A stretch of 64,000 nucleotides of DNA from the NCBI RefSeq assembly GCF_028641065.1, contig NC_073393.1, forward strand, positions 16,120,001 through 16,184,000, in the 5' to 3' direction. The DNA comes from Leucoraja erinacea (Eukaryota). Below, piece after piece: positions 37,336 through 52,300 of this stretch. How positions within the stretch are numbered: position 1 is the first letter of the stretch; each line of letters opens with the position of its first letter. The position numbers and the translations under genes are program-made. Below the pieces are notes generated by a model, which worked only from the letters and a program-made list of their open reading frames with translations, was not told the origin of the DNA and did no database searches.

Positions 37336-40300
37336 TGTGTAGGAAGGAACTGCAGATGCTGGTTAACACCGTAGACAGATACAAAATGCTGGAGTAACTC
37401 AGCGGGACCGGCACCATCTCTGGAGAGAAGGAATGGGTGACGTTTCGGGTCGAGACCCTTATTCAGACTGAGAGTCAGGGGAGAGGGAAAGCAAAGGGAA
37501 ACTAGCGATACCGAAGGATCAAAGAGGGGGAGCAGCGAGAGAGGGCGTTGCAGAACTCGTCGGGGAGAGGAGAACTTCTTCAAAGTGGACATACCTTGAG
37601 GAGATTTCGCACTGGAGCAGACTGGAGAAATGTGTAGGAAGGAACTGCAGATAGTGGTTTACACCGAAGATAGACACAAAATGCTACACAGCGGGACTGT
37701 TGCCTGTCCTGCTGAGTTACTCCTGCATTTTGTGTCTAACTTCAGCGGGGATCGTACCGGGTAAGGTATGAATGTTGTGAATGGAGACACAATTCAAGTG
37801 TCAATGTGACCCACTCTTGCATCAGTCGAATTCCATTAAAATATTTGAGCACCAAATGTGGCCTGACATCATCAGTGCGGTGGAATATAAAATAATATAA
37901 TAAATAGAAGCAACAGTAGACAAGGCGTACCTTCGATCTTCCAGCATCTGCAGTTCCTTCTTGAACACTTGTAGACAAGACGTGACAGCTTCACTGAGTC
38001 TTATGAGCATGGCTAATATATTCTCTGGAGACACAAGAAACTGCAGATGTGGAATCTTCAGCAAAAGACAAAGTGCTGGAGGAATTCAATGGAGGGAAAT
38101 TTCAGATTGATTGGAGTAGGGGGAAGAAAACTGGAAAAGAGAGGTGGAACAACGCCTAGCAGGTGACAGGTGGATATATATTCTCTGATTGCCTTAGTGT
38201 CTAAAAATATGTTAATCTCAAATGTTCATATGCTCGACGACTGGAGATCCCTGTTTCTCAGTGGATGTATTCAGGCTTAAGGGTGAGTATATTATTGGGA
38301 AGAGGGGTAACTAGAGAGAGAATGGGGCCACTCAGAAACCAAAGTGGTCATCAATGTGTGGAAGTGCAGGAGATGGGAAAGGTTCCCCATCAATATTTCT
38401 CTTCTGTTTTTACGGTGGAGAAAGACCTAAAGACTGGGTAACTTGGGGAAAGTTGATGGAGATATCTTGAGGATAGTCTATGTCTGAGTTGAGCAAGTAC
38501 TGAAAGTCCATGGATGTACAAAGGTAGATGAATCTACTGTCTCATCTGATAAATCCAAGAACACTGTGGGAAGCTGAGGTCTTGTCATTGTTAGACAGAG
38601 GTGAGGTGCCAGACGACTGGAGGATGACTAATGTTATGAATGAATAAGTTTATTGGCCAAGTATTCGCAAATATGCCTGGGTGCTCCGCCCGCAAGTGAC
38701 AATGAGACCTGCAATGTAAGTTGAACCAATACTGCAGTAATTAATAGTTTTGGCAGTCTACAAATATTTTCCCTTTTTTCTATTCGGAGATTATAATCAT
38801 CAGAATTCATCTTTATTTTTGTAAAGAAACTGTAAGAGAAACATGCTTGTGTCTAATTTATTATGGCATAAATGCTTCTTGACAAGTTTACCTATGCCTT
38901 TCTGCCTTCCTTTACAGAACTGGGTCTGCAGGTCAGCACTCAGCCATTCACACACTGTGTGATACCAGACTTTATACAAAGTCAGTCATTCTTGACAGGA
39001 CTTCAAAATGACCTTCTGCAACTAAACTTTCATGAAAAATCCAATGATCTTTATAAATTTAAGCAGGTGAGAAGCAGTTTTGCAGAGAACAAATGAAAGG
39101 GTTGGTTGGAGGGAGACCAAAATGAAATTTATAACACTAAAAGTACAGGGCCTTTTGCTACAATATATGCATGCTAATGAAACTATGCTGTAATGATACT
39201 AATTTCCTTGCTTTGAATGAGCCCAGCATGCATATCATGAAGAGCTTCTTAAGAAGGTTATAGATGTTGGGGTTCTATCGCTAGCAAATGGGCTGTTCGC
39301 ACAATGGGAACAAGAGAACAGGCAAAGGGATAGGATGAAAGAAAGTAGGAGTTAAGTAATTTTCATTTACAAAATAATTTTTGCATCATTTTAGTTATTT
39401 TCAAAACCTTGCAGCCAAATTACCACATTAATATTTTAACCTTAGTTGTAATTTCAGAAAATCTTTATGCAGAATTCTTGGAATAGCAAAGCTGAGGTGA
39501 TGATTAAGGATAAGGGGGAAGTCTTTTAGGACCGAGATGAGAAAAATATTTTTCACACCGAGAGTGGTGAATCTCTGGAATTCTCTACCACAGAAGGTAG
39601 TTGAGGCCAGTTCATTGGCTATATTTAAGAGGGAGTTAGATGTGGCCCTTGTGGCTAAGGGGATCAGAGGGTATGGAGAGAAGGCAGGTACGGGATACTG
39701 AGTTGGATGATCAGCCATGATCATATTGAATGGCGGTGCAGGCACGAAAGGCCATATGGCCTATTCCTGCACCTATTTTCTATGTTTCTATGATTGTATA
39801 ACAGAAACTCTGAAATGTGGGGTGAGGTGCAGAATGTACAGTTTGCAGTGACTTGACAAAGTGGTATTTGACAATCACGTTAAATTCCAGTTACAACGTT
39901 TGCTGGCATTTTAGTTTCTTAATAGAGACAAGATGTTACAGATATTGTTTAAATATAATTTGAAAGATTGTATTAAATTATTGAAAGTAAATTGGAGAGC
40001 ATAAACCACAGCTGATCCCATACAATGGTGCCTAAAGTGGCTGTTAATAGAAGTGATGAGATGAAATTTCGAATGTACATATGTAAAGGCGGCGCAGTGG
40101 TGGAGTCGCTACCTCACAGCACCAGAGACCAAGGGTTGATCTTGTATATAGTTGCTCTCTGTATGGAGTTTGTACGTTCTCCCTGTGACCGCGTGGGTTT
40201 TCTCTGGGTGCTCTGGTTTTCTCCCACATTCCAAAGACGTGTGGGTTTGTAGGTTAATTGAATTCTGTAAATTGTCCTTGGTGTGTAAGTTAGAACTAGT

Positions 40301-43300
40301 GTACGGGTGATCATTGGCTGGCGTGGACTTGGCGGGTCGAAAGGCCTGTTTCCATGCTGTAACTCTAAACTAAATTAAGCTTTTCTGATTGAGCTGACGG
40401 AACGAAGTTCCAGGTAAATATTCAGAGCTAAGGTTTTAATAGTGGAAAATAAATGACGCTATTAAAGGAACAGGTCTAGATGTAAATATATAGTTAGGAA
40501 TGATTGATTTTGCTGGATGTTAATGGTGTCTTTTGCTTCCTGATAGTCAGATGACCTCAGGAGGAGGAAGGGGTACCATATCTCAGCACTAAGGCAAGTT
40601 ACTATTAAACCACAGCTTATCCTCTTGTTACACAACAATGTGATACTTTTTTTAAAAAAATGCATTGCTCTTTTACAACAATGGGAGAGTACAAACATTC
40701 ATTGCTTTATTTGATTTATGAGATTTGCCATAATGCACTTTACAACACAAATTCAACAGACCCTGGTGAGTTGAAAGGCAATGTGGGAACCAGGGCTCAA
40801 AGTATTTAAACGAAGTGTGGTAAATTTGGCCCTCTAAGATGCATGTGAAAACAGAAAACCGATCCCGTGAGTTTAAAAAGAGCACTGGAAACCATTCCCT
40901 ATGAGTTTGGAGGGACCTTGGGATATTGATATGAGAGGCGTTAGAGGAATTGGGACTGCAGTGTGTTTGCAGGGAAAGGGACCCCTGTGATACAAATACC
41001 TAACCATTGGGACTTCCGAAAAGCAGTGAATAATTATTGGAATTATTGAAAATGTCATATCATTATACAGCAGAGAAACAAACCCTTCAGCCCAACCTGA
41101 CCAGGATGCTCCATCAACACCAGTCCCATCTTCCCACATTTGGCTCGTATCCCTCTGAGCCTTTCCTATCCATTTATTTGTGCAAATGTATTTTAAATAT
41201 TGTTTAAGTACCTGCTTCAACTACCTCTTCTGGCAGCTTGTTCCATGCACCCACCACCTTCTGTGTGGAAAAAGTTGCCTCTCGGATTCCTATTGAATCT
41301 TTCTTCTCTCACCTTAAACCTACATCCTCTTGTCTTGGTTCCCTTACCTTGGGAAAAGGATTCTGTGCATTCACCTTATCTATTCCCCTGATTATCTTGT
41401 ATGCCTCTATAAGATCCAGGCACGTGCAGTGTGTAATTACTCAGTCAGTCGACTTTAAAAAAATCTTAAACTGCAGATGCGCAGATTGCTCTCCTCTCCG
41501 TAAGCTGTCAGTCGACTTTTATAAAGTCTTCAAAAGCCATACCTCTTAATAAAGTACCATATTTCCCGGCAATAAAGATGCACCTGCATCGAAGACGCAG
41601 CCCCGTTTTCAGTTGCTAAATTTTGAAAGAAGGCTGGCAGGCATGGAATTTCTTCCGCTCAAAAAAATAAAAATAAAGAAAGTAACAATTCAATTTGCCC
41701 AAGGCTTCCAAATCTCCTTCATTTTGAATTACTGAATGGATGGGGGGTGGAGGGTGACGGTAGGTGGAGAGATGGTAGGAAAAACAGGAGGACACCGGGA
41801 CAAGTTGAATCAGTTGTGATCTTAATGAATGACAACACTAGTTCAAGGGACCAATTGGGAGGGAGAGTTCCTTTCACAGCGTGTGGGGAGTCTGGCCAGG
41901 GGTAAAGTTGTGGGGAGGGCAGGAGCATTGAGAAGGAGGGGGTCAGGGATTCTGCCAGTAACTCACTAACTTACGACTGGACAGCGGAACTGGCCGCCAC
42001 CTCAACGCCTTCTGCCGGCCCGCTCACCTCTGGCAGTGCTCTCCGTCTGAACATCCCTCACCTGCCGCTCGCCGGCCCCGCTCATGTCAGCCGCATTCCA
42101 CAATTGCTTAAATTCCGACTGCCGCCGGGAGCAGGACATGGCCTCACTTGCTGCGCTTGGTGACACTGCATGGTATTCGCTGCCCGGTCCGTGTCTTTCA
42201 ATGTAGTGAGGGGACCAGCTCCAGAGCGAGTCAGCGGGTGATGGATAACAGGACAGCGGGCGTTGGAGCTTACTCCTGTGTCAGCGCGATCAAGGGACCA
42301 TTTGAGGTTACTCGCGCTGACACAGGAGGAAGCTCCACCGCCCGCTGTCCTGTTATCCATCGCCCACTGACCCTTGGGCAGTACGCAGTCTATGGTGCAA
42401 AGGCAGAATTTCAGCTGCTTTCAGCTCCCCTTGTCGTGAAGACTTGAAGCAGCGTCTACAGCACGTGAGCTGCACGTACTTTCGCGTATTACGAGTACTG
42501 TGGATGAAAGGCACGGGACAATTATGCCTATCTAAGAGATCGATCTCTTAGGTAAGCATAATTCTCCCGTGCCTTTACTATTTATATTTAATGATTACCT
42601 TTTTATAATTTTAGTCGGGGTAGGCAGTGCCTATCTTGCCTACCCTGACGGCACGTGCCTGATAAGATCACCCCTCATCGTCCTGTGAGGAATGAAGTCC
42701 TAGTCTGCTTAACCTCTCCCTATCTGCCAGAGCTAACTACTATATCTCTGCAAAGTAATACTTTCATTGCTCCAAAATTGCCTGAGTTCTGATGAAAATT
42801 GATCAATTTGTTTCTTGCACATGATCTATATATTTCCAGTATTATTGTGCATTAATGATATAATTTATCAGAGTTTAGGAGCTGCTGATTGTTCTCTTGT
42901 AACTTTATTTCACCTAGTCTGTTATAATTTGGTTGAATTCATGATCAAACTTGGGTTTAGCTGAGATTGCAAGACCAATTTCTCTCCGGGGATGAATAAA
43001 GTTTTATTGTATCGCATCGATGAAGTTGTTCAGATGATTTTCCTCTATCTCTCTCCAGGAAAATACTTTATGAAGATTTTCGGTTATGGCTCTCAGATAT
43101 TGCAGGTGTAAAACTGGAAAGCACAGTTGATATATCTTGCGCTAAGTATGAATACACAGGTATATGGTGTTATTAAGGCAAATATGGGAGATATTGATTA
43201 CATGTCATTTTACTGTGGGTTCTGCCAATGTTGTATTATCTGGTGTTTCAGTTGCAATGTTGCATGGCATGCACATTTAATTATCTTTGTGAGATGTATA

Positions 43301-46300
43301 GAATGAACATTTTTGCTTTCAGTTTGCTGATATCCAAGGAATATTTTACTATTGGAATTCTATAAATGCCATTTTTACCATAATTGGTGAATCAGAACAG
43401 TGATATCACTAGATATAATGTATGATAATCATGTGTTGTGCTACACAGTGTAAATATTACATACAATTACTTTGTGACTGTTTTAAGGGTGGTCTTCAGG
43501 TTTTCACTGTAGTTGAATTAGAAAATCCTAACAGTCTCTTATGTTTAAAAAGTTGATTGGGAGCAGGTATTTAATATAATGGGCGTGCTTTGAAAAACAC
43601 AGAGCTTATGTCTAATATTGCTTTTATGGCTAAAATCTTGATAAGGTGTAGGATTATTGCTACATCATGTGGAAATGTTACAATTTGTGTACATTGCCTT
43701 ACCTTAAAGTGCTTGAATTGCTACATAGGTAAAATTGACTTTTATGTATAATCGTGAGGTATATAACCAATTAACTTTTCATCCTTGTTGAGTGAGAATT
43801 GTTGGCTGGTTCACCAGAGTTTTTCTCCGTTGTCCACTGTAATCTTCCTATAAGGCGATTGCCATAGATAGAAGACACTTTCTGCAGACTCAGATCATCC
43901 ATGAAGAGGAATGGTAGGGCTAGACACTTCTCATGGTAAAGCAATTTTCATTGCAAAAATGCTGACAATACAGGTAAGAATTGATTTGCAGTGTGAGCAG
44001 TGCATAGAGAAAACTGTGCAAATATAACATTGTACAACCAACTTTACAGAGAGATTTAGTGTGGTTGCTCCTCTCAAATAATATTACTTGTGAACCATCA
44101 GATCAAGCAAAAACTGCTTCTTCTGTAGTAACTGGTAGCTGTCATTATTCCAACCAGCGCAGTTAAAAGTCCAGCTGACAGGATTTTCATATTGGAAGAA
44201 CACCAAAACGCATTCCACAAAATTCAGTGTGCCATTGTTGACATTAAGAAACACAGTAATGTACACATTTTTTTTAAGGCATCTCTTCACGGCATTGCAG
44301 AGCCAAATTTCTGATCCCCTTTTGTAAAGGCATCCTCAGAAGATAAAGCAGTAAAGCATTCCTTTTCCATTTTCCTGGAAAGCTATTTTCATGTATTTTG
44401 CCTGATGTCCAAAATGTTCATGTGAGTCTAGACTTGGTGCCTTAACACCATATTTAATCACAAACCAATTGCAGCTCTTTGTTATCAATTGGTTTTATAG
44501 CAGGCACCAAGAGCTGAAAAATAAGAAAAGTTAATATACTTCTGTTGTCAGGAGAAAATATGATGCAATCCAACAATGGCTTGAGTAACTTAGTATACAG
44601 AATGGTGGATGTAATCAAACCATTAACAAAAGTTATATGATTTGAAAAACACATTTAAAATATTCTGTAAATGTAACAGTTACATTTGTTGAACTGAAAA
44701 TGAAATACTCGGTACTCTTTCATAATTTCTGAGAAAGTCTAATTAAACACCTTTAGGTAGCAACTATATTGATGTTTTGAACCCAATGCTGTTGCAGATG
44801 TGTTGCTCTGTCATGATGATGAATTAGAAGGGCGGAGAATTGCCTTCATCTTGTATCTTGTGCCTGAGTGGCAAGGAAGTGATGGTGGCACCTTGGATCT
44901 ATATGATGCCGATGGTGAGTAGGATTTGCAACATATCACTGACATATCACTTTAGCCATGATGTACTGGTGACTCCCAAAGATGTCTAACATATATTCAT
45001 CATTATGGTGCACATAGTTTCTGCTCATGTTTTAATTCTTAGTAATTAATGTTATAAATACCCTGACAATATCCAATGACCATTTATGTACAAGCATAAA
45101 ACAAACTGCTGAAGAATCTTGGCGAGTCAGGCAGCATTTTTCATTTTTCTTACTCATGAGCTGTTGAGTTCCTCCTGCATAGAATAGTTGGAGGGAATCT
45201 TGTGATTTACCTGTGCCCTGAATCTGGCTTTCACGTGGGGCCCAGTTGTCCTATTAATTACAGCTCGGAGAGGAACAGACATAAAGAATAGTTCATAAAG
45301 CAGTGGTGAGTTTCTCAAACAAGTGGGTTTATTCAAACCCAAAGTGTTTCAAAGATTCACAGCATCCATTGCATTTTATATTCTAACAACATAACGGTTA
45401 CATGTTCATTTTATATATTTTAAATAATTCATCAATGATCAATATCTCTGTAGCCTTTTATCTTGTTTTTATTCCCAGTTATCTTTAATCTTCTGACCCC
45501 TTTTAGAAAACCATTCTTCCCATTTGCAATAAAAACACTATTTCCTGATCAATTTTCTTTCCCTCAAGTTGGTTTACAGCCCTCAATGTTTTTGTTAACA
45601 GGCTAGTTATGCTGTGGAATCTAAACACCGTATTACATCTATTTATTGCTTCTCCTAACATCTTTAAGTTCCCTTCACTCTGTTGGCCTCTTTTCCCATC
45701 ATGCTTCCCCAGCATGTAAGCTCCTGAGTTAAACATATTACAAGCTGCTCATTTTTCTTGTAATTTTCAGATTTTCATATATTTATAAGTGTCATTGTGA
45801 AAGATGCAGATAGAATTTGAGGGTCTTATTTACTATGGGTTTTCAGCAGGGTAAATAGGCCTTGCAGATTTGGGCAAATTCCTTATTGTAGAATTCAGAA
45901 TCAAAATGATTGCCATAGCCGACAAAATTAAAATGTGGAAAGAACATGTATTTATAGAGTCTTAGAGTAATACAGTGTGGAAACAGGCCCTTTGGCCCAA
46001 TTTGCCCACATCAGCCAACATGTCCCAGCTACACTAGTCATGTAGCTACACGTGTTATAAACTAGCTACCCTAGTTATATGCAGTAAAATTAAGATGCAA
46101 CATTTTATTATTGATCAAGGGTCTTTTTACAAGTAATACAAAAGTCTTGATTTAGATGTTGGACTGGATGGACCCATGGTCCATGATAACATCAGCAGAT
46201 TGAGTGCCAACCAGAGAACTCTCATTAGTGTGGGTCCGACAACTCTCCAGCAGTTTGACACCAGTCAGAATAAGGCGGTTCTTCAATCTACCATCATAAA

Positions 46301-49300
46301 CATCCATTCCCTCCACCTCCAGCACACTCTGATTGTCACTCTGATTGTCATGTGTGGTATTTATGAAATGTAGTTACTTGCCTCGGCTACTGTGACACCA
46401 CCTTGAACTTTATGATCTCTACAATAGTCATAAGGGAACACACTTGCCTGCAGATTCAAAAGAAGATGAGGGTGTGCAATCTTATTTCTGAATATGGATG
46501 TGATTTTGGGTAAATGTGAAATTATATTTGATAAGTTATAAGAATATTAAATATATTCTGTTTGTTTTAGAAATTGCAGACTTGCACTGATGCTTTTCAA
46601 TCTAATTGTCTTCTATAGACCATTACCAGCCTCGAGAGATTGTCAAGTCACTAACTCCAACATGGAACACATTAGTTTTCTTTGAAGTTTCTCCTGTCTC
46701 TCATCATCAGGTACAGATGTGGAAAAAGTTCAGAATAAGCTAACTGTAGACAAACAGACAAAGACGTTTCAGATGAAGACTTCAGACATTTGGAACCTTT
46801 GTTCTTGTTTGACGAACTTGATTTAAAGATGTTGTGATATGTATACTGTCACAGGTGTGTTTTTTTCAATATGCCCAAGATATTACTGGAATAGGAATGC
46901 CCTTTGTAAAAATACACAGGAAAAGAAGCATAATAGAGAATGCCAGTTAGATTTGGATGCACCCGAGTCAGGCAGCACCAATCTTGCAGACGGAGATATC
47001 CGCTAACTAGGGACAATTCTGTTGAACTGACTAAATAAACATTGGACTTAAGAAGGACGCAAGAGAAGGTGTGCCAACTGGTACATTGATCAGCGCTAGC
47101 ACAAACTGTAAAAACTGGTGCTGCCAATAACTAACTATCCTGCTGTTATGTTTGGCACCTTCAGGCAGTGCTGTCCAATTGATGTGGGACATTGGAGATT
47201 TCCATTACAGTTTGAGCTTATTTTGCCGTCTTTCCGGTCCCACAACCATTAAAAACATTTGGAATATTGCCTCACTCCTTCACTTGGTCAAGTACTCATC
47301 CCCAGGTCTCTCCTGCCTGGAATCCTGTCAGCCTGTGAATTTTGACTGGTGATTTTGTATTCCAAGCAATCTTTACAGATGTTGAGAAATGTATTAAAAC
47401 TGCTGAAGGTGAAGGGACAATTTTATTCCCATACGACTTTCAAGATTTGGCTCATGATCAAAATGTGATTTGATAAAGTTACAAATGGCTTATTTCAGTA
47501 CGACGTGTAACACAGGTCCACCACCAAGTTTCTAGCATCCTTGGTTGAAGTGCTTTGCTGGATTATCCGTTTTGCCAGAACAACCTACGTCATCGCTTCC
47601 GAGATGGTATTGGAATGGTCCGCATAGGCCATCAGGGAGCCAAGACACCGGCCCACAAAGTCGGCCTTGGAAGTCAGCTATGGGAATGATCTGCTGGTTC
47701 CGGCTGGGCTGGAATTCGAGAGCCCCAACCATTGGGGGCAAATTCTACTTGCAGATCGATCGCGGAAGTCCCAATAAGATCCAGATCGGCCATGTCTTCT
47801 GGCCCAGCTGCCACATTTTCGGGGAGATACCCGTGAGGGATTCCAAGTGAGATCTTGTAATTTAGTCTGGATTAAACGAGGTGCCAGACCACCAGTTGCC
47901 AGAAAGTTGATTGTAGACCTGTATTAATCACTATGTTTTAAAATTTACTGATTAATGCTTTACCTGCTCAGGTGTCCGAAGTGGTGGTAGAGGGCAAATG
48001 CCGTCTTTCTATCAGTGGCTGGTTCTACGGGCCAATGTTGGAGAGGCCACCTCGTTACATTGAATGTCTCTCTCAAGTGCCACATATTGCGTGTGATGTA
48101 AGTTGAGATTTTTCTCACAATCTGCCTTGAATAACCATCTTCTTGTCAAATACACACAAAATAGGTTAAAAAAAAAACACGATTGAGACCCAAACCAAAG
48201 GTTGTCAAACTCTGGCTAACAACCCATTTCACTGCAATGAAGTGTCAATTATATTTTCCTATCAGTTGTAGTCTTTCTAATTGGTGCCAGTTTGTGTCAG
48301 ACCAATATCATGCTGATGCAATGGTTAACATCTTATGATAGTTTTAATTATTGTCTCCTGCATTGTACTCCTTCTGTGCACCAATAATAAAGTTTATTCA
48401 ATTCAATTCAATTCAATTCAATTCAATAATGGAATTTGTAGAATCCACGGATGGCTCATCGGCAATGTTGATACAGTAGTGAATGCAAGTCATCTTCGAG
48501 TCTGAAAAGCAGCTAAAGAGGAAACATTATCTTAATAATTATAATCTTCTTTGGAATGTGCCATTGATTGCACTACTGACTTTATTTTTTTGCACTATTA
48601 TGGTTAATTACTGCTATTCATATATTGTTATTCATATTGCTATTCATATAGTATTATTCCTACTGCTATTCATATAGTATTTCATAACCATAATACTATC
48701 TGGTATTACTGCTATTTATATATTATATTTTGATTATTATGTATGTGTGTGTAACTGTGTTTACAGGACTGGTAAGATGTAGCAAGTAAGAATTGATTTT
48801 GTTCTGCCTCTGGTCCTATGACAATTAAACACCTGACTCTTCTCAAGAGTGAAAATAAATAGGTATTTTTCACATAGGGGACCTGACAAGCAGGGTGATA
48901 CAGGGTAAAATGCTGGACTTGATGTCAAAGATACGTTTGATAAAATCAAATGCAAGTCTGCAATTCTGCTGCTCATAGCTAGGTGGCAATGAGGGCTGTG
49001 ATGGTAAAGTCACATATGGTTGCTCTGGAGATGCAGACAGGTTAAGTAACGTTGGTAGGTAGCAAAAAATAGCAAGACAGATTATTTTTTTTAATCATGA
49101 GAGGTTGAGAAGAGTCATTGTGCATCACCGCAAGTCAGCATGCAGGCAAAGCAAGGAATTAGGAAAACAGGTTATATTTGCCCTCGTCCAAGAGGATTTG
49201 ATTTCAAGAGTAAAAATATCTTCCTGCAATTACAAAGGATCCTTGTGAAACTGCGACTGGAATACTGTGTACAGGTCAGGTTTTCTGACTTTAGGAAGGT

Positions 49301-52300
49301 TATACTTGTGAAAGAGAAAGTACATTGAAAGTTTGCCATATTGATTCCTGGGCAGGAAGGTTTGTTTTATGGATATAGATTAAAGAGATGGGTCAATGAT
49401 TTCTTGAATTTGTGTGATCCCATTGAAATATACAACATTCTTACAAGCTTTAATAAGATAAACAAGGCTATAACAAAATCTCTGGTTGGGGTCTCTAGAA
49501 TCAAATCAGAGGTACAATGTGAGAGGTTAATCATTCAACACTGGCATAACAAATTTCTTGGCCAAGGATATAAATGATAAACTGAGACACTGTGTCCAAG
49601 ATAACTTTGGAGGCACAGATGCTTCACGTAAACAAGACAAAGATGGATTGATGTTAATTAAAAGCAAGGGTTAGTGCATGAGGTTTCGGCTAAATCAAAA
49701 GATCAGAAGCGATCTTGATAAGGATGTCATATCTAAAGGGATGTAATGGCCAGTTTATGTTTCTATTTCTTCCAACTGAGCAGGAAGTTGCATATTGATC
49801 GTGATGAGACATTGATCCTCTGTGACATGCTTTGTCTTAAAATGTTTCAGGAAGAAATACTTTATGAATGGATCAATCCAATTTACATGGATATGTCAGC
49901 TCAAGCGAACATCCAGGAGCAATTTGAAGAAAAATCTGAAATTCTTCTAAAGAATTTTTTCAAGGTAAGTGTGTGGCAGGCACTTATTTGGTTGAATTTA
50001 GAAAATACCGCACACACATGGATAGGAAAATGGATGTGAATCTGTCACCTTGTCCATGAAAAAGTCTTTGGAGTAAATTAATTTATTTGTTATAATGTCT
50101 CTGCTTTCACTGTTAATTGTTTTGTGACAATGATCACCCATAGATGTCATGTATTGGTGGTATCTACATCTGGTTGCTTTAGGAGGCTTTTTTAATTTCA
50201 TTCAATGCTGACAATCAGAACATTATAGAAACGCAAAGCTTTCTTGGCTATTGGAGTGCTACTGATAGCCATTGACAGTAAAAGGCTAAGACAGGCAAAT
50301 AATGTCAGGGGAAAAGTGGTTTTATCCCAAGTTCATGTGGAGAATTCATAATCTATTTAGATTATGTTAAGGGAATAGTCAACATAGAAAAAAGTTGTGA
50401 GCTGCTGTTGCTGTAGATTTAAAGTAATCTATGTGTTCTGTACATCTCACCTGCTGTGCAGTTAAAAAAAATTAAAATCATCTTTAATTCACCCTGTTTA
50501 TGTCAAACCACCTGTGGAGAGATCAAAGAAACAAGAATTCTAAAGGCCCAGGAATTTAATCTGGATTGCAAGATAATTATTTTGTTACGTCTTTTGGTTT
50601 TCTTTCAAATGGTCATTAGGGCAGCCATAAAATAAGATCCTTGAAGTCAGGAACTATTCCGAAACCAAAGAGGTGTATTGTATCAGATTTCAACGGTCAA
50701 CAAAATTCCTTTTTGGTTTTAAGTCAAGGTATTGGAGATACTTTTATTGACATTTCTGCTTCCGTGAGAGTATATTAAAAATAAATCACATTTACACAGC
50801 ACTTTTTTTTGGTCTTGGGAAGTCCTAAAGTGCTTCACATCTGCCTAGTGAAATATTATTGGAATAAATGGTGATAATCTAAAATAAAACAGAAAATATG
50901 GAAATACTTAACGGGTCAGGCTGCAACTGGGGCTAGGCCAACTGAGAATTTTCAGCATTTTCTATATTATTCTTACTGTTCACAAATAGATGTGTTTGCA
51001 TGATAATCTTATAAATGGCAAGCATGACTATATAATAGCTTATAGTAATATTATTTGATAGATTAATGTAACCAAGAGACATTAACCAAATAATTAAATA
51101 ATGTTAACCAAGAGACCTCCACTGCTCTGGTTTAAAAATTGCATTGGGATGTTTTGGTGTGACTCCGAGGCAGGCAGATGGGAGGGGACCATGATTAACA
51201 GCATCATCTGAAAAATAGAACCTCACAGATTGTAGTTTCTTCAAATCAGCACTGCCCTGTCAGCCCAGATTATTTAGAGCCATAATCAAAGAAACGGTCA
51301 TTTTACATAAAACGTCAACCCACTGGTTTATGTTGACAATCAGACTTTGACGTTTGTTCAAAGTTGTGGAGTGTAAATTAACAAAAGCTATGAAATGACA
51401 GCAATTAGAGGATGAGAATCCAAAATAAGAAAGAAATTAAGTTTCAAAATGTAAAATATTGTTAATGCAGGGATACCACAGACGATAACAGTAAAACAAA
51501 CATTTTTCTGCATTTTCTGATCAGAAAGAAAAATTTCAGATGGTATGTGAGGCTATATCTAACCCAAAGATTAAATGGAAGAGAAGAGGACCAGCCAACA
51601 AAAGGTAGGTGGATCAGAAATCTGAAGGATCGGCATTCATGAATATTAAAGATGTTGAATGATTTTTTTTTAATGCACTTATCAATGGAATACTTAACCC
51701 AGAAGCATCTGTGCAGAATTTACAGCAGGACTTTTCTGTAATGTTGTATTGCTCCAAAAATCAAGTGCACCTAAACCTGGAATGGAAGAGAATGGCAGTC
51801 ACCACATTTGCACTTCATTATTTCAGAAATAGAAAAATACATTATTTGTGCTACAGAATGCTTATCTAGGCTTGTAAAAGTTTCATCTTTTTTATCCCTC
51901 TCGTTTTCCTTCCACTTCATGAGATCATAGGAATCATGACCTGTTCACAGGCTCGCTCATTATATTGCTCAGGTGATTTAATGAGCCATGTTTGACCACT
52001 TTATCTAAAATTTCAATCTCTGCAGTAGTATGGTCTTTCAATGCTGCACAATTGTTTCCTTTTGTACAATAGAAGCTAACTTGAGCTTGTGCTCCTAGCA
52101 GATGAGTTGCCAGATGTGTTTAATGTATTTGTGAAATAAGTGACAAACCTTGTTATTGTTCAGAGATCTGGTCAGTTTTCCCTGGATTTGTGGCATGCTC
52201 TCTGATAGTGCCTCTCTGTTTCTTAGATGCTATGATCAAGCAGAGGAAGATGGCTTTCCTGACATTCTTGCCAAATGTATGAAGCTCTTTTATTCTGAGG

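Noticed and set aside
37101-37592. 163-aa antisense ORF over OGFOD1 exon 1
   Set aside because: Mostly repeat-derived sequence plus the antisense of a GC-rich exon; no independent support.
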